Assembly (NCBI GenBank): GCA_041660565.1
Contig: JBAZWC010000002.1
Coordinates: 217,836 to 281,835 of the forward strand
Source: Patescibacteria group bacterium
Lineage (GTDB): Bacteria; Patescibacteriota; UBA1384; CAJBMM01
Direction of reading: 5' to 3'
DNA length: 64,000 nt
The translations under genes were made by a program, and so were the position numbers. The notes beneath the pieces were generated by a model that saw nothing but the letters and a program-made list of their open reading frames with translations, was not told where the DNA came from and ran no database searches. Positions 1 to 8,820 of the stretch are shown one piece after another. The stretch's first letter is position 1; each line of letters starts with the position of its first letter.

Positions 1-1
1 G

Positions 2-340
2 GTAGCAAAATATCAGGGTGATGTGCTTGCTGGCGCTATCGTCGCGCTGTGGCAAGGAAAGGCAAGTTATCTGTATGGCGCCTCATCAGACCAAAATCGA
101 AACGTGATGGCACCCTATCTGTTGCACTTTACTATCATCTCAGACGCCAAAAAGTTTGGGTGCTCGGTATATGATATGATCGGCGTCGCGCCGGAAAATG
201 CATCACCAAAACACCCGTGGCACGGTATATCGCGGTTTAAGCGCGAGTTTGGCGGCCAGACGGTGCACTATTTGGGTAGTTTTGATAAGGTTTATAACCC
301 GGTTTGGTATAAGTTGTACCAGCTTGGGAGAAAAAAATGA
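2..340 (+). CDS. FemAB-family peptidoglycan bridge-forming peptidyltransferase, C-terminal fragment (5' end lies outside the window)
   Basis: The reading frame is open from position 2. The C-terminal motif LYGASS, with conserved aromatic and basic residues, is typical of FemX/FemAB. The stop overlaps the start of the downstream Mur ligase gene (ATGA). Confidence 0.5.
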   Translation, partial: VAKYQGDVLAGAIVALWQGKASYLYGASSDQNRNVMAPYLLHFTIISDAKKFGCSVYDMIGVAPENASPKHPWHGISRFKREFGGQTVHYLGSFDKVYNPVWYKLYQLGRKK

Positions 341-1635
341 AAAATACGATTAAAAAAATAATTGGTCGAGGACCTCTCAAAGCGTATCACTCTGTTCGCT
401 CTGAGATAGTTTCACGTCAGTTCGGTCGGCCAGCAAAGCAGATGCAGGTAATTGGCATTACTGGCACGAACGGCAAAACCACCACCGCCAATTTAATTTC
501 CTCAATTTTCGAGACGGCCGGTTATCGAGTCGCTTTGTTGACCACTATTCAGTTTAGGATTAACGGCGAAGAGGTGGTTAACGGACAGAAGATGACCGCG
601 CCTTCTCCTCGCATACTAAATCAATTTTTAGCCAAAGCGCGCGATGCAGGGTGCAACTTATTTATCGTTGAGGCAACATCACACGCTCTAGACCAGCATC
701 GATTTGCCGGCATTAAGTTTGATTGTGGGGTGCTAACCAATATCACGCACGATCATTTGGATTATCACGGCACGTTTGATAGATACGTTGCGGCGAAGCG
801 CCAGCTGTTTAACGATTTAAGATTGTCGGTGGTCAATTTAGATGATCCAAATGGTGCGGAGTTTAACGATTTGCCGGCAGATTTGCACATTCCGTATAGT
901 CGTGACGTGACAAAACAACACGCTCTGGCTTTGTCCGAAGTTACAGCACAAGACGGATACTCAACCCTAACATTTAATCTGCCTAATTCAAACAGCCAGT
1001 TACAAGTGAACACTAGGCTGGTTGGGCAGTTTAATTGGCAGAATATTATGGCCGCGGTGGCGGTGGCGCTTGGCTTCGGTATTCCTACTCATATTATTCA
1101 AAACGGTATTGCTAAAATGACGGCAGTGCCCGGGCGAATGCAGAAAGTAGAGTGTGGTCAGCCATTTACGGTCATTATTGACTACGCTCATACGCCAGAC
1201 GCGTTAGAGAAAATGTACGATGCATTGAAACCGGTGCAAAATGATGGGGCGATACTATCGGTTTTGGGTGCGTGCGGTGAGCGAGACGTAACAAAACGCC
1301 CAATTTTGGGTCAAATTGCCGGGCGAGAGGCGAAATATGTGGTGATTACTAATGAAGATCCGTATTCGGAAGATCCGCAATCAATCATCGATAGCGTAGC
1401 TAGTGGAATTGAAAAGGATAATCCGCGACAAAGTGAGGGCGTAACGTACTGGCGTACTTTGGACCGTCGCGCCGCTATTCGCCATGCATTTTCGTTAGCA
1501 AAACCAAACGACGTTGTAACCATCACCGGAAAGGGTGCCGAAACCGCAATGGCGGTTAAGGGTGAGTTTGTGCCTTGGTCTGATAAAGAAGTGGTGATTG
1601 AAGAATTGGTTCGCGCCGGGTATGGGAACAGGTAA
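337..1635 (+). CDS. murE: Mur ligase family protein, MurE-like (UDP-MurNAc-tripeptide synthetase)
   Basis: P-loop GITGTNGKTTT, the DYAHTPDAL motif and a Mur ligase C-terminal domain. It is translationally coupled to the upstream FemAB gene. Confidence 0.55.
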   Translation: MKNTIKKIIGRGPLKAYHSVRSEIVSRQFGRPAKQMQVIGITGTNGKTTTANLISSIFETAGYRVALLTTIQFRINGEEVVNGQKMTAPSPRILNQFLAKARDAGCNLFIVEATSHALDQHRFAGIKFDCGVLTNITHDHLDYHGTFDRYVAAKRQLFNDLRLSVVNLDDPNGAEFNDLPADLHIPYSRDVTKQHALALSEVTAQDGYSTLTFNLPNSNSQLQVNTRLVGQFNWQNIMAAVAVALGFGIPTHIIQNGIAKMTAVPGRMQKVECGQPFTVIIDYAHTPDALEKMYDALKPVQNDGAILSVLGACGERDVTKRPILGQIAGREAKYVVITNEDPYSEDPQSIIDSVASGIEKDNPRQSEGVTYWRTLDRRAAIRHAFSLAKPNDVVTITGKGAETAMAVKGEFVPWSDKEVVIEELVRAGYGNR

Positions 1636-1695
1636 GGGCATAAAGCAAGTTTTCTACACAGTGTTTTTGTAATAACATAAGCTAGAGGGGCAAAA

Positions 1696-2451
1696 ATGAG
1701 AAGTATGGTTGAACATTTAGTACACGCCGGACTAACGTCTTTGCAGGCACGAGTTTATGTTAGTGCGCTTGAGCTTGGTGAGGCTGGTGCAACCGAATTG
1801 GCAGCAAAATCGGGTATTAAGCGTGTTACCGTTTACACCGCACTGAACGATTTGCTTGAAATGAACTTAATTACCTCTGACGATTTCGAAGCGGTGCGAG
1901 TATATAAACCAACTCCTCTTGAGAATCTGGATCAACATTTTATGATGCGAGCCAAAGAAGCAATTCAATCTTATCGTTTAATTCAAAGCTTGTTACCGGA
2001 TCTAAAACAGATCACCAAAGCTACGTTTACCGATCCAACTACCACTTTAATCGAAGGGTCGGTGGCCGTTAAGCAGTATATTGAGAGCGTTTTGCCCAAG
2101 GAGCTTTTGCATTCTGCTTACATTAACGATCAAGCGCACTACGAATTGGTCAAGCCTCTGGCTAAAAAGGCCATCGATTCCGAGTTTCGTCCCAAGGTAA
2201 TTGTGCCTAACTCGGTTAATGCCGATTTAATTGTTTATTTGGATCATCGTGTAGTACCGAATAAAAAAGTCCAATTTCCGGCCACTACTTTGATTTTTCA
2301 ACATCGCGTGGGCACTTTCCTAAGCGAAAATGGGATGATTCAGCTTTATTTGCAAAACGATGACCGCATTGCCGCTCAATACCAAGCTATTTTCGATCTT
2401 GAATGGCGGATTCTCTCCGGGGAACATTTAATTCTGCCTACGGCAGAATAG
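1696..2451 (+). CDS. TrmB-like HTH transcriptional regulator
   Basis: N-terminal winged HTH (LTSLQARVYVSALELGEAGATELAAKSGIKRVTVYTALNDL) resembling TrmB/archaeal-type sugar regulators. SD ctagagggg lies upstream. Confidence 0.4.
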   Translation: MRSMVEHLVHAGLTSLQARVYVSALELGEAGATELAAKSGIKRVTVYTALNDLLEMNLITSDDFEAVRVYKPTPLENLDQHFMMRAKEAIQSYRLIQSLLPDLKQITKATFTDPTTTLIEGSVAVKQYIESVLPKELLHSAYINDQAHYELVKPLAKKAIDSEFRPKVIVPNSVNADLIVYLDHRVVPNKKVQFPATTLIFQHRVGTFLSENGMIQLYLQNDDRIAAQYQAIFDLEWRILSGEHLILPTAE

Positions 2452-2471
2452 AATTTGAATTGCGTCACGAC

Positions 2472-2624
2472 CTGTCATTTCGACTCCCCGATGTTCAAAT
2501 CGGGGGTGGAGAAATCTCAAGAAAAAACTGGAAGGGACTCTTTCTCAGATTTCTCCCTCCGGGCGTAGTCTACGGGCGGAGCCAACGTAGTCGCTCGAGC
2601 CAGCTTCTAGGGTCGAAATGACAG
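2472..2624. repeat. MITE-like palindromic element, family A, copy 1 (termini CCTGTCATTTCGAC ... GTCGAAATGACAG)
   Basis: Inverted termini enclose a conserved inner pair GGAGAAATCT...AGATTTCTCC and the box GGAAGGGA(T/C)TCT. It sits in the trmB-like/polA intergenic region. ORF 2403-2621 is a translation artefact of it. Confidence 0.6.
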
Positions 2625-2675
2625 CTCTACGTGGTGCTCTTTGACTTTTGGTGATCAACTTAGTTTAATGGTGGT

Positions 2676-5270
2676 ATGCAAACACCAAAACCGACTTTAC
2701 TTCTAATTGATGGTAATGCCCTGATTCATCGTGCCTATCACGCGATACCATTAGGCATGAAAACGGCCAGTGGTGAGCTGACAAACGCCATTTATGGGTT
2801 TACTAGCTCGTTAATTACCGCCATCGCCACCGCCAAACCGTCATACGTGGTGGCGTGTTTTGATGTTAAAGGAGACACTTTTCGCCACAAGCAGTATCCG
2901 CAATATAAAGCTCAGCGCAAGCCGATGGAGCAGGAGTTGGTTGACCAAATTCCGCGTATTCACCAAATCGTCGAATCAATGCAAATTCCAATATTGACCC
3001 AAGTAGGCGTAGAAGCAGATGACCTAATCGGCACCATCGCCAAGCAACACGCAAATGGAACTCACGTTTACATCCTCACCGGCGATAAAGACACGCTGCA
3101 GCTACTTGACGACCATATTTCGGTCATCACGCTTGGCTCCGGCATCAATAAGTCCGAAATCATCACTCCCAAAGAACTTGAACACAAAATGGGGTTAACT
3201 CCGGCCGAAATAATCGTTTACAAAGCGTTGCGCGGAGATCCGTCTGATAATATTCCCGGCGTGGCCGGCATTGGTGATGTAACAGCGACCAAGCTGGTTA
3301 CGCATTATCATACCCTGGACAAGATTTACGCCGCGCTGGACGACGAAAATCAGCCGTTGTTGCAGGGTAAAGTGAAGCAGAATTTAATTGATCAAAAAGA
3401 GACAGCGTATTTGTCTGAGGTGCTGGCGACGATTGATACTAATATTAAGATTGATTTTGATTTGGACAAAGCCAAATGGGACGGCCGCGTAACGCCAGAG
3501 ACCGAGAAAATATTTAGCGATTTGCAGTTTCACAGTTTAATGACGCGATTGCGCGGGTTGCGAAGTGGTCATCTCGACACCGCGAGTGAATCGAACGGCG
3601 AGCGACCCCGTCTGGCTCAGATAAAAACGGAATCTCTCACTGCGTTCGAGACGGCAGGTGATAGTGTCGCATTGGTCTTAACCTATGAAGGAGATTCACC
3701 GCGACGCGGTCAAATTACCGGAGTCGCAATCGCCACCAGCGCAGATCAAGCATATATTTTAAAATGGGACGATAAATCAAAGTCGATATTAAATAAAATA
3801 CTGGCATCGGGCGTCGAAATAATTTCTCCAAATATCAAAAATGTCATTTTCTTACTCGAAAACGCCGAGTCGTCACTCAAGCAGCCGTATTTTGACGTAA
3901 ATCTTGCCATCAACCTAACACAAGACGAGGCTAGAATCGATAATGTGAAAACGTTAGAAGACGCCGCTCAAATTGCATGTCAATGTTTTGCTCTAAGAAA
4001 AAATTTGGGTGAAAAAATTGACGAATCTAAAATGACCAAGCTTTGGCAAGAAGTTGAGCTGCCGCTAATTCCGGTTATCGCTAAAATTGAAAACAACGGC
4101 ATATTAGTAGAGCCGCACAAGCTAAACGATTTATCAACTGAATTCACAGCGCAAATTGCCAAAGTGGAGAAAGAGATATGGCACCTGGCCGGCCAAGAGT
4201 TTAACATCGCCTCGCCTAGTCAATTAAGCGATATTCTGTTCAACAAGCTCCAAATTAGCGCTAAGGATGTTAAAAAAAACAAAACGGCGTATTCAACCGA
4301 TGCCGAGACGCTAGAGGTACTCCGGTCGGCGCATCCTGTGGTGGATTTGGTGTTGCGATATCGTGAATTAGCCAAGCTTAAAAACACCTATTTAGACGCG
4401 TTGCCGGCGTTAATTGACCCTAAAGACGGGCGAATTCACACCACCTACAATCAGCTCGGTGCGGCAACCGGCCGATTTTCGTCAACTGATCCGAATTTAC
4501 AGAACATCCCAATTCGATCCGAGTACGGTGATCAAATTCGTCAAGCTTTTGTGGCGGCGCCCAAAACAAAATTAGTTTCGGCCGATTACTCGCAAATTGA
4601 GCTGCGCGTTTTGGCGCATTTGTCTGGCGATCAGAATATGATTTCCGATTTTAATTCCGGTTTGGATATTCACACCGCTACGGCAGCCAAGATTCATCAA
4701 ATTGACCCAAAGTTGGTTACTAGTGAGTTACGACGGGCAGCTAAAACAATCAATTTTGGTATATTATATGGGTTGTCTGCGCATCGCTTGTCCGGCCAAC
4801 TTAGTATTAGCCATGCTGAAGCAAAACAGTTTATCGATCGATATTTTGCGTCCTACCCCGGTATCAAACAGTTTTTGGAAAAAGTAATTGAGCAGTCCAG
4901 GCGAGATGGCTATTACACTACTTTATTTGGACGCCGACGCATTTTCCCCGAGATCAATTCGGGCGCATGGGCGGTACGGGCGGGGGCAGAGCGCATGGCG
5001 ATGAACTTTCCAATGCAGGGCGCGGTGGCTGATATTTTGAAGATGGCGATGATCAAAGCTGGTCACGAATTTGCATTGCACCAAGATCAGATTAAGCCGG
5101 TGTTAACGATTCATGACGAGTTAATTTTTGAAGTAGCCGAGGCCGAAGTTGATTTTGTGGCTAAGAATTTGCCTCAAATTATGACTAGCGTGTGCAAATT
5201 GGATGTTCCGCTGGTAGCAGAGGTTAAAGTGGGTGAAAACTGGGGAAACATGAGCAAATTCGAACAATAG
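2676..5270 (+). CDS. polA: DNA polymerase I
   Basis: 864 aa with a 5'-3' exonuclease N-terminus (LLLIDGNALIHRAYHA), a central 3'-5' exo-like domain and the PolA palm motifs (DYSQIELR, RRAAKTINFGILYG). Confidence 0.9.
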   Translation: MQTPKPTLLLIDGNALIHRAYHAIPLGMKTASGELTNAIYGFTSSLITAIATAKPSYVVACFDVKGDTFRHKQYPQYKAQRKPMEQELVDQIPRIHQIVESMQIPILTQVGVEADDLIGTIAKQHANGTHVYILTGDKDTLQLLDDHISVITLGSGINKSEIITPKELEHKMGLTPAEIIVYKALRGDPSDNIPGVAGIGDVTATKLVTHYHTLDKIYAALDDENQPLLQGKVKQNLIDQKETAYLSEVLATIDTNIKIDFDLDKAKWDGRVTPETEKIFSDLQFHSLMTRLRGLRSGHLDTASESNGERPRLAQIKTESLTAFETAGDSVALVLTYEGDSPRRGQITGVAIATSADQAYILKWDDKSKSILNKILASGVEIISPNIKNVIFLLENAESSLKQPYFDVNLAINLTQDEARIDNVKTLEDAAQIACQCFALRKNLGEKIDESKMTKLWQEVELPLIPVIAKIENNGILVEPHKLNDLSTEFTAQIAKVEKEIWHLAGQEFNIASPSQLSDILFNKLQISAKDVKKNKTAYSTDAETLEVLRSAHPVVDLVLRYRELAKLKNTYLDALPALIDPKDGRIHTTYNQLGAATGRFSSTDPNLQNIPIRSEYGDQIRQAFVAAPKTKLVSADYSQIELRVLAHLSGDQNMISDFNSGLDIHTATAAKIHQIDPKLVTSELRRAAKTINFGILYGLSAHRLSGQLSISHAEAKQFIDRYFASYPGIKQFLEKVIEQSRRDGYYTTLFGRRRIFPEINSGAWAVRAGAERMAMNFPMQGAVADILKMAMIKAGHEFALHQDQIKPVLTIHDELIFEVAEAEVDFVAKNLPQIMTSVCKLDVPLVAEVKVGENWGNMSKFEQ

Positions 5271-5283
5271 AAACTTCCTGTTT

Positions 5284-5445
5284 CTGTCATTTCGACCCTG
5301 CGAGCATTGTCGAGCTGTTGGAGAAATCTTAATTAAGAATTTGAAATTTGAAGTTTGAAATTTGAAATTTTTAATTCTGGAAGGGATTCTATTCAGATTT
5401 CTCCGCCGCGGTCGTGTTGACACACTCCCCGAGTCGAAATGACAG
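5284..5445. repeat. family A element, copy 2 (contains the TTGAAAT heptamer tract 5336-5372)
   Basis: Termini are CTGTCATTTCGACCCTGCGAGCATTGTCGAGCTG at 5284 and GAGTCGAAATGACAGG at 5431-5446. The inner sequence matches copies 1 and 4. It ends 18 nt before the holA ATG. Confidence 0.6.
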
Positions 5446-5463
5446 GTGATAGAGGTAAAATTT

Positions 5464-6405
5464 ATGATTAAAAGCAATATTTATTTATTTTACGGTGAGG
5501 ATAGCGCGGCGATACGGGCTAAATTAAAGCAATGGACCGATAAGCTATCTAAGCAGACAGATTTATTATTAGACAGCATAGACTTAGATGCGTCTGAAGT
5601 TACTTTTGATCAAATTCAGAACGCCGTATCACTAGTGCCGTTGTTTTCCGGGAAAAGATTAGTAGTGGTACGCAACGTTTTTTCAGCGCCCAAAAATGTG
5701 GCCGAGAAAATGACGGCGTACTTGCCTAGTGTGCCAGAATCAACAGTGCTGGTATTAGTCGAAGAGGGCAAAATTGATCCAAAAGACGCTTTGCTTAATC
5801 AGCTTAAAAACAACTATAAGGTGGATTATTTTGCACCGGTTTCGTTGGCCAGCATTAACAAATCCGCTACGCTGATTATTCAAAAATCTGACATCAAAAT
5901 TAACTTTGCCGCCAAGAATTTACTATTAAATCGAATTGGATTAGACAGCTTTCGGTTGGCAAACGAGTTGGAAAAATTGCGTTTGTATGCAAATAGCAAA
6001 GAAATCACCACAGAAATGGTCGAGACGTTGGTGCCGGAAACGCTCGAATCGCGTATTTTTCAACTATCTGATGCTATTATGGGGAATCAAGTAAAAACTG
6101 CGTGTTCGCTTATGCTTAATGAGTTAAGATTTGGTGCTGATCCGTTAAAAATACTAGGGCTATTAATTAGCCTGGTGAGAAAACAACTAATAGTATCTGA
6201 TAATGCCCCGGGGAAGATGTCTGATGCTCAGATAAGTGTCAAAATGAACATCAAACCGTTCGTGATTCAGAAGATGAAAGCGACTGCGCAAAAGACTGGC
6301 CAAGTTAAGCTAATAAACTACTATACGCGGTTGTGTTTGGCAGATATCAACCTAAAACTCGGCCTTGAGGCCGAGCCGGTAATGCTGAATTTATGTAGAA
6401 TTTGA
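5464..6405 (+). CDS. holA: DNA polymerase III delta subunit
   Basis: MIKSNIYLFYGED N-terminus and delta-subunit fold motifs. The ATG at 5464 has SD agaggt 7 nt upstream. The ORF-track start at 5446 reads into the upstream repeat. Confidence 0.7.
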   Translation: MIKSNIYLFYGEDSAAIRAKLKQWTDKLSKQTDLLLDSIDLDASEVTFDQIQNAVSLVPLFSGKRLVVVRNVFSAPKNVAEKMTAYLPSVPESTVLVLVEEGKIDPKDALLNQLKNNYKVDYFAPVSLASINKSATLIIQKSDIKINFAAKNLLLNRIGLDSFRLANELEKLRLYANSKEITTEMVETLVPETLESRIFQLSDAIMGNQVKTACSLMLNELRFGADPLKILGLLISLVRKQLIVSDNAPGKMSDAQISVKMNIKPFVIQKMKATAQKTGQVKLINYYTRLCLADINLKLGLEAEPVMLNLCRI

Positions 6406-6410
6406 GAAGA

Positions 6411-6490
6411 CGGTTAGGGGGCTTAGGGTGATTAGGGGTATTGGGGGAAACCGTTTGTTTTCCCAATCACCCAAATGTCCCTAATTCCCC
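6411..6490. repeat. TTAGGG-rich long palindrome, family C, copy 1 (probable bidirectional terminator holA/rpsT)
   Basis: GGTTAGGGGGCTTAGGGTGATTAGGGGTATTGGGGG ... CCCAATCACCCAAATGTCCCTAATTCCCC. It lies between convergent genes. Confidence 0.55.
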
Positions 6491-6816
6491 TTATTGGTCT
6501 TTTTCTTTTTCGTGGCTGTTTTGGCCTTGGCTGAAACCGCTTTTTTGGTCGGTTTTACGACCGGAGACGTTGCTTTTGAAGCTAATCTTGAGAGTAATCG
6601 GCTAGCGGTGCGGCGATGTAGCAATTTGGTTTTTACCGCTTTGTCTAGCGAGCTTTGGGCCTGAGAAATCGCGTCGGTTGCGCTATCCGGGCTAACCAAC
6701 ACTAACTTGCGCGCCTCTTTTAGGGCACGTTTGTAGGTGTTTTTTAGCACGATGTTTTCGCTGGCACGGCGTTTGGCAACAGATACAGCTTTTTTGGCAG
6801 ATGATGTAATTGGCAT
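6481..6816 (-). CDS. rpsT: 30S ribosomal protein S20
   Basis: The N-terminus SAKKAVSVAKRRASENIVLKNTYKRALKEARK is a canonical S20. There is a Lys/Ala-rich C-terminal tail extension. Confidence 0.9.
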   Translation of the reverse strand: MPITSSAKKAVSVAKRRASENIVLKNTYKRALKEARKLVLVSPDSATDAISQAQSSLDKAVKTKLLHRRTASRLLSRLASKATSPVVKPTKKAVSAKAKTATKKKKTNKGN

Positions 6817-7073
6817 ATCTCAAAATCCTTTTGATGGTTGGTTTAACTAATATATTAACATATAAAATTGTCTTGTGCAAATATTTTATTAGTAATCGTC
6901 CACATTTATGGAAACCCTTCTCCTCACGAGGAGAAGGTGCCCGTAGGGCGGATGAGGAGCTCCTCACCCGGCTTGCAGCCACCCTCTCCTCAGTAAGGAG
7001 AGGGGACAAAGGCTATTGCTCTTTTGTCGCTTTTTTGCTATATTAATCTGTCAGCCAATTTGATAAAGGCAAT

Positions 7074-8225
7074 ATGGAATTAACTCCAAAACAACAAATC
7101 GTCGAGTTAGCAAAAGGGGCAAACAATATCTTAATCGTAACTCATGATCGCCCAGACGGCGATGGTCTTGGTAGTGCGTTGGGGCTTAAGCTGGCTTTAA
7201 CCAAGCTAAACAAATCGGTAACTATTGCTGCTGCAAACCCAGAGCATCAATTACATCATTTTTTACCCGGTATCACCGAAATTCAATCTCAAATTAGCGC
7301 TCACAAAGATCTAATTATCTCTATTGATACCGAGCAGACGCCGGTAAAAAAGGTGATGTATCAAAAATCACCCGATAACCAACTAAATATTATTGTGACG
7401 CCGGATCAAAATATTACTATTGATGCATCGCGTTTAACATTTTCGACCGGCCAATACGCGTGGGATCTGATTATTGCGCTTGACTGCGCCGATATTGAGC
7501 GAATTGGAGACGTTTATACTCAGAATCCGGATATGTTTTTCGATGTGCCGGTGGTAAATATTGACCATCATCCCGGAAATGACCATTGGGGTCGAGTAAA
7601 TTTGGTAGATATGACCGCTACATCCACCTCGGAAATACTGGTTTCGGTGATTGAATCTTTGGGTCGCGAACAGAATTTGCTTGATGAAGACACTGCTACC
7701 TGTTTGCTGTGCGGCATTATTAGCGATACCAACAGTTTTCAGAACAATAATACTACGCCGAAATCGTTTACGGTGGCAGCACAGTTAATTGCGGCCGGCG
7801 CCAGACAGCAAGAAATCATTCATAATCTGTTTCGCACCAAATCTTTGTCAACACTCAAGCTATGGGGAACAATTTTGGCGAATGTGCAAGAAGAAGCTGA
7901 TTTTGTGTGGTCTTACGCTACCGCAACCGAGATTGCGGATGCCGGCGCTGCTCCAGAGCAAACCAGCGGCATTATTGACGAATTGCTCAAGACTACTACC
8001 GGGTCTAGTTTCGCTTTGATGTTATCGGAGCGAGACGGGGGAGTTCATGGCTCGTTGCGCGCGATTAATAAAACGGTTGATGTTTCGGTGATCGCCAATC
8101 TTTTTGGGGGTGGTGGACATGCGGCCGCGGCTGCGTTTGATATTCCAAATACCACGCTTGCGGACAGTCAGGCATTAGTAATCGACAAAGTGAAACAGCT
8201 TCAAGCAGATCGGTCGGGGAAATAG
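7074..8225 (+). CDS. nrnA: DHH/DHHA1 phosphoesterase (NrnA-like oligoribonuclease/pAp phosphatase)
   Basis: DHH motif region ILIVTHDRPDGDGLGS, a DHH at NIDHHPGN, and the DHHA1 motif GGGHAAAAAF. Confidence 0.8.
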   Translation: MELTPKQQIVELAKGANNILIVTHDRPDGDGLGSALGLKLALTKLNKSVTIAAANPEHQLHHFLPGITEIQSQISAHKDLIISIDTEQTPVKKVMYQKSPDNQLNIIVTPDQNITIDASRLTFSTGQYAWDLIIALDCADIERIGDVYTQNPDMFFDVPVVNIDHHPGNDHWGRVNLVDMTATSTSEILVSVIESLGREQNLLDEDTATCLLCGIISDTNSFQNNNTTPKSFTVAAQLIAAGARQQEIIHNLFRTKSLSTLKLWGTILANVQEEADFVWSYATATEIADAGAAPEQTSGIIDELLKTTTGSSFALMLSERDGGVHGSLRAINKTVDVSVIANLFGGGGHAAAAAFDIPNTTLADSQALVIDKVKQLQADRSGK

Positions 8226-8248
8226 GGTGTTGCGGGGAAACCTAAAGC

Positions 8249-8348
8249 AAGAATTTGAAATTTGAAATTTGAAATTTTTAATGGTGGAAGGGATTCTTTC
8301 TTAGATTTCTCCACCCTCGAGACAATGCTCGAGGAGTCGAAATGACAG
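8249..8348. repeat. family A element, copy 4 (right half only)
   Basis: Heptamer tract, then GGAAGGGATTCTTTCTTAGATTTCTCCACCCTCGAGACAATGCTCGAGGAGTCGAAATGACAG. This is nearly the exact reverse complement of the left arm of copy 2. It lies upstream of the rpsO promoter. Confidence 0.55.
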
Positions 8349-8363
8349 TTTATGAGGCTTGTC

Positions 8364-8392
8364 TTGACCAAATCAACTATCAGTGATATAAC
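8364..8392 (+). promoter_or_regulatory. sigma-70-type promoter for rpsO-pnp (TTGACC - 17 nt - TATAAC)
   Basis: The -35 TTGACC is at 8364-8369. A 17-nt spacer follows. The -10 TATAAC is at 8387-8392, about 35 nt upstream of the rpsO ATG. Confidence 0.4.
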
Positions 8393-8428
8393 TAAGCAGT
8401 AGGATAACAAAAGTAATTAAGGATAAAC

Positions 8429-8683
8429 ATGGCAGAGAAGAATCTGATCAAGAAATATCAAACCCACAAAGAAGACACCGGATCAACATCGGTGCAGGTT
8501 GCGGTATTGACCGCTAAAATTAAAGAACTAACCGAGCATTTGCGCGAACATCGCAAAGATTTTGATAGCAGAGTCGGTTTGTTAAAAATGGTGGGCAAAC
8601 GTCGTCGCTTGCTTAATTACATGGCCAAAACCGATTTAGAAGGCTATGAAAAAATCATCGCAGATTTAGGTCTGCGTAAGTAA
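8429..8683 (+). CDS. rpsO: 30S ribosomal protein S15
   Basis: Canonical S15 sequence ([48 protein letters not shown]), with conserved rpsO-pnp synteny. Confidence 0.95.
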   Translation: MAEKNLIKKYQTHKEDTGSTSVQVAVLTAKIKELTEHLREHRKDFDSRVGLLKMVGKRRRLLNYMAKTDLEGYEKIIADLGLRK

Positions 8684-8820
8684 TACTTATCATTTAACAA
8701 ATTAATGTTTTTGGACAGTTTAGTCTAATTAGTCTTTAGCGAAATGGAGCAAGACCAAAAGTATTTCGTGCTTCATCCGATAAAGTCCAATTAGTACTAC
8801 TTGTCCTAAAGAAAGGGCAC

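Noticed and set aside
2403-2621. 72-aa ORF overlapping the family A repeat copy 1
   Set aside because: It is a translation of a palindromic repeat element, with no SD, and it overlaps the 3' end of the upstream gene.
6411-6490. TTAGGG repeats as telomeric or linear-replicon ends
   Set aside because: They are internal, palindromic (each G-rich arm is mirrored by a C-rich arm), and located between convergent or divergent genes. This is consistent with hairpin terminators or REP-like elements.
6692-7046. 105-aa minus-strand ORF and 78-aa plus-strand ORF over the rpsT/nrnA intergenic hairpins
   Set aside because: The first overlaps rpsT out of frame. Both span GC-rich hairpin DNA and are more likely structured non-coding sequence.
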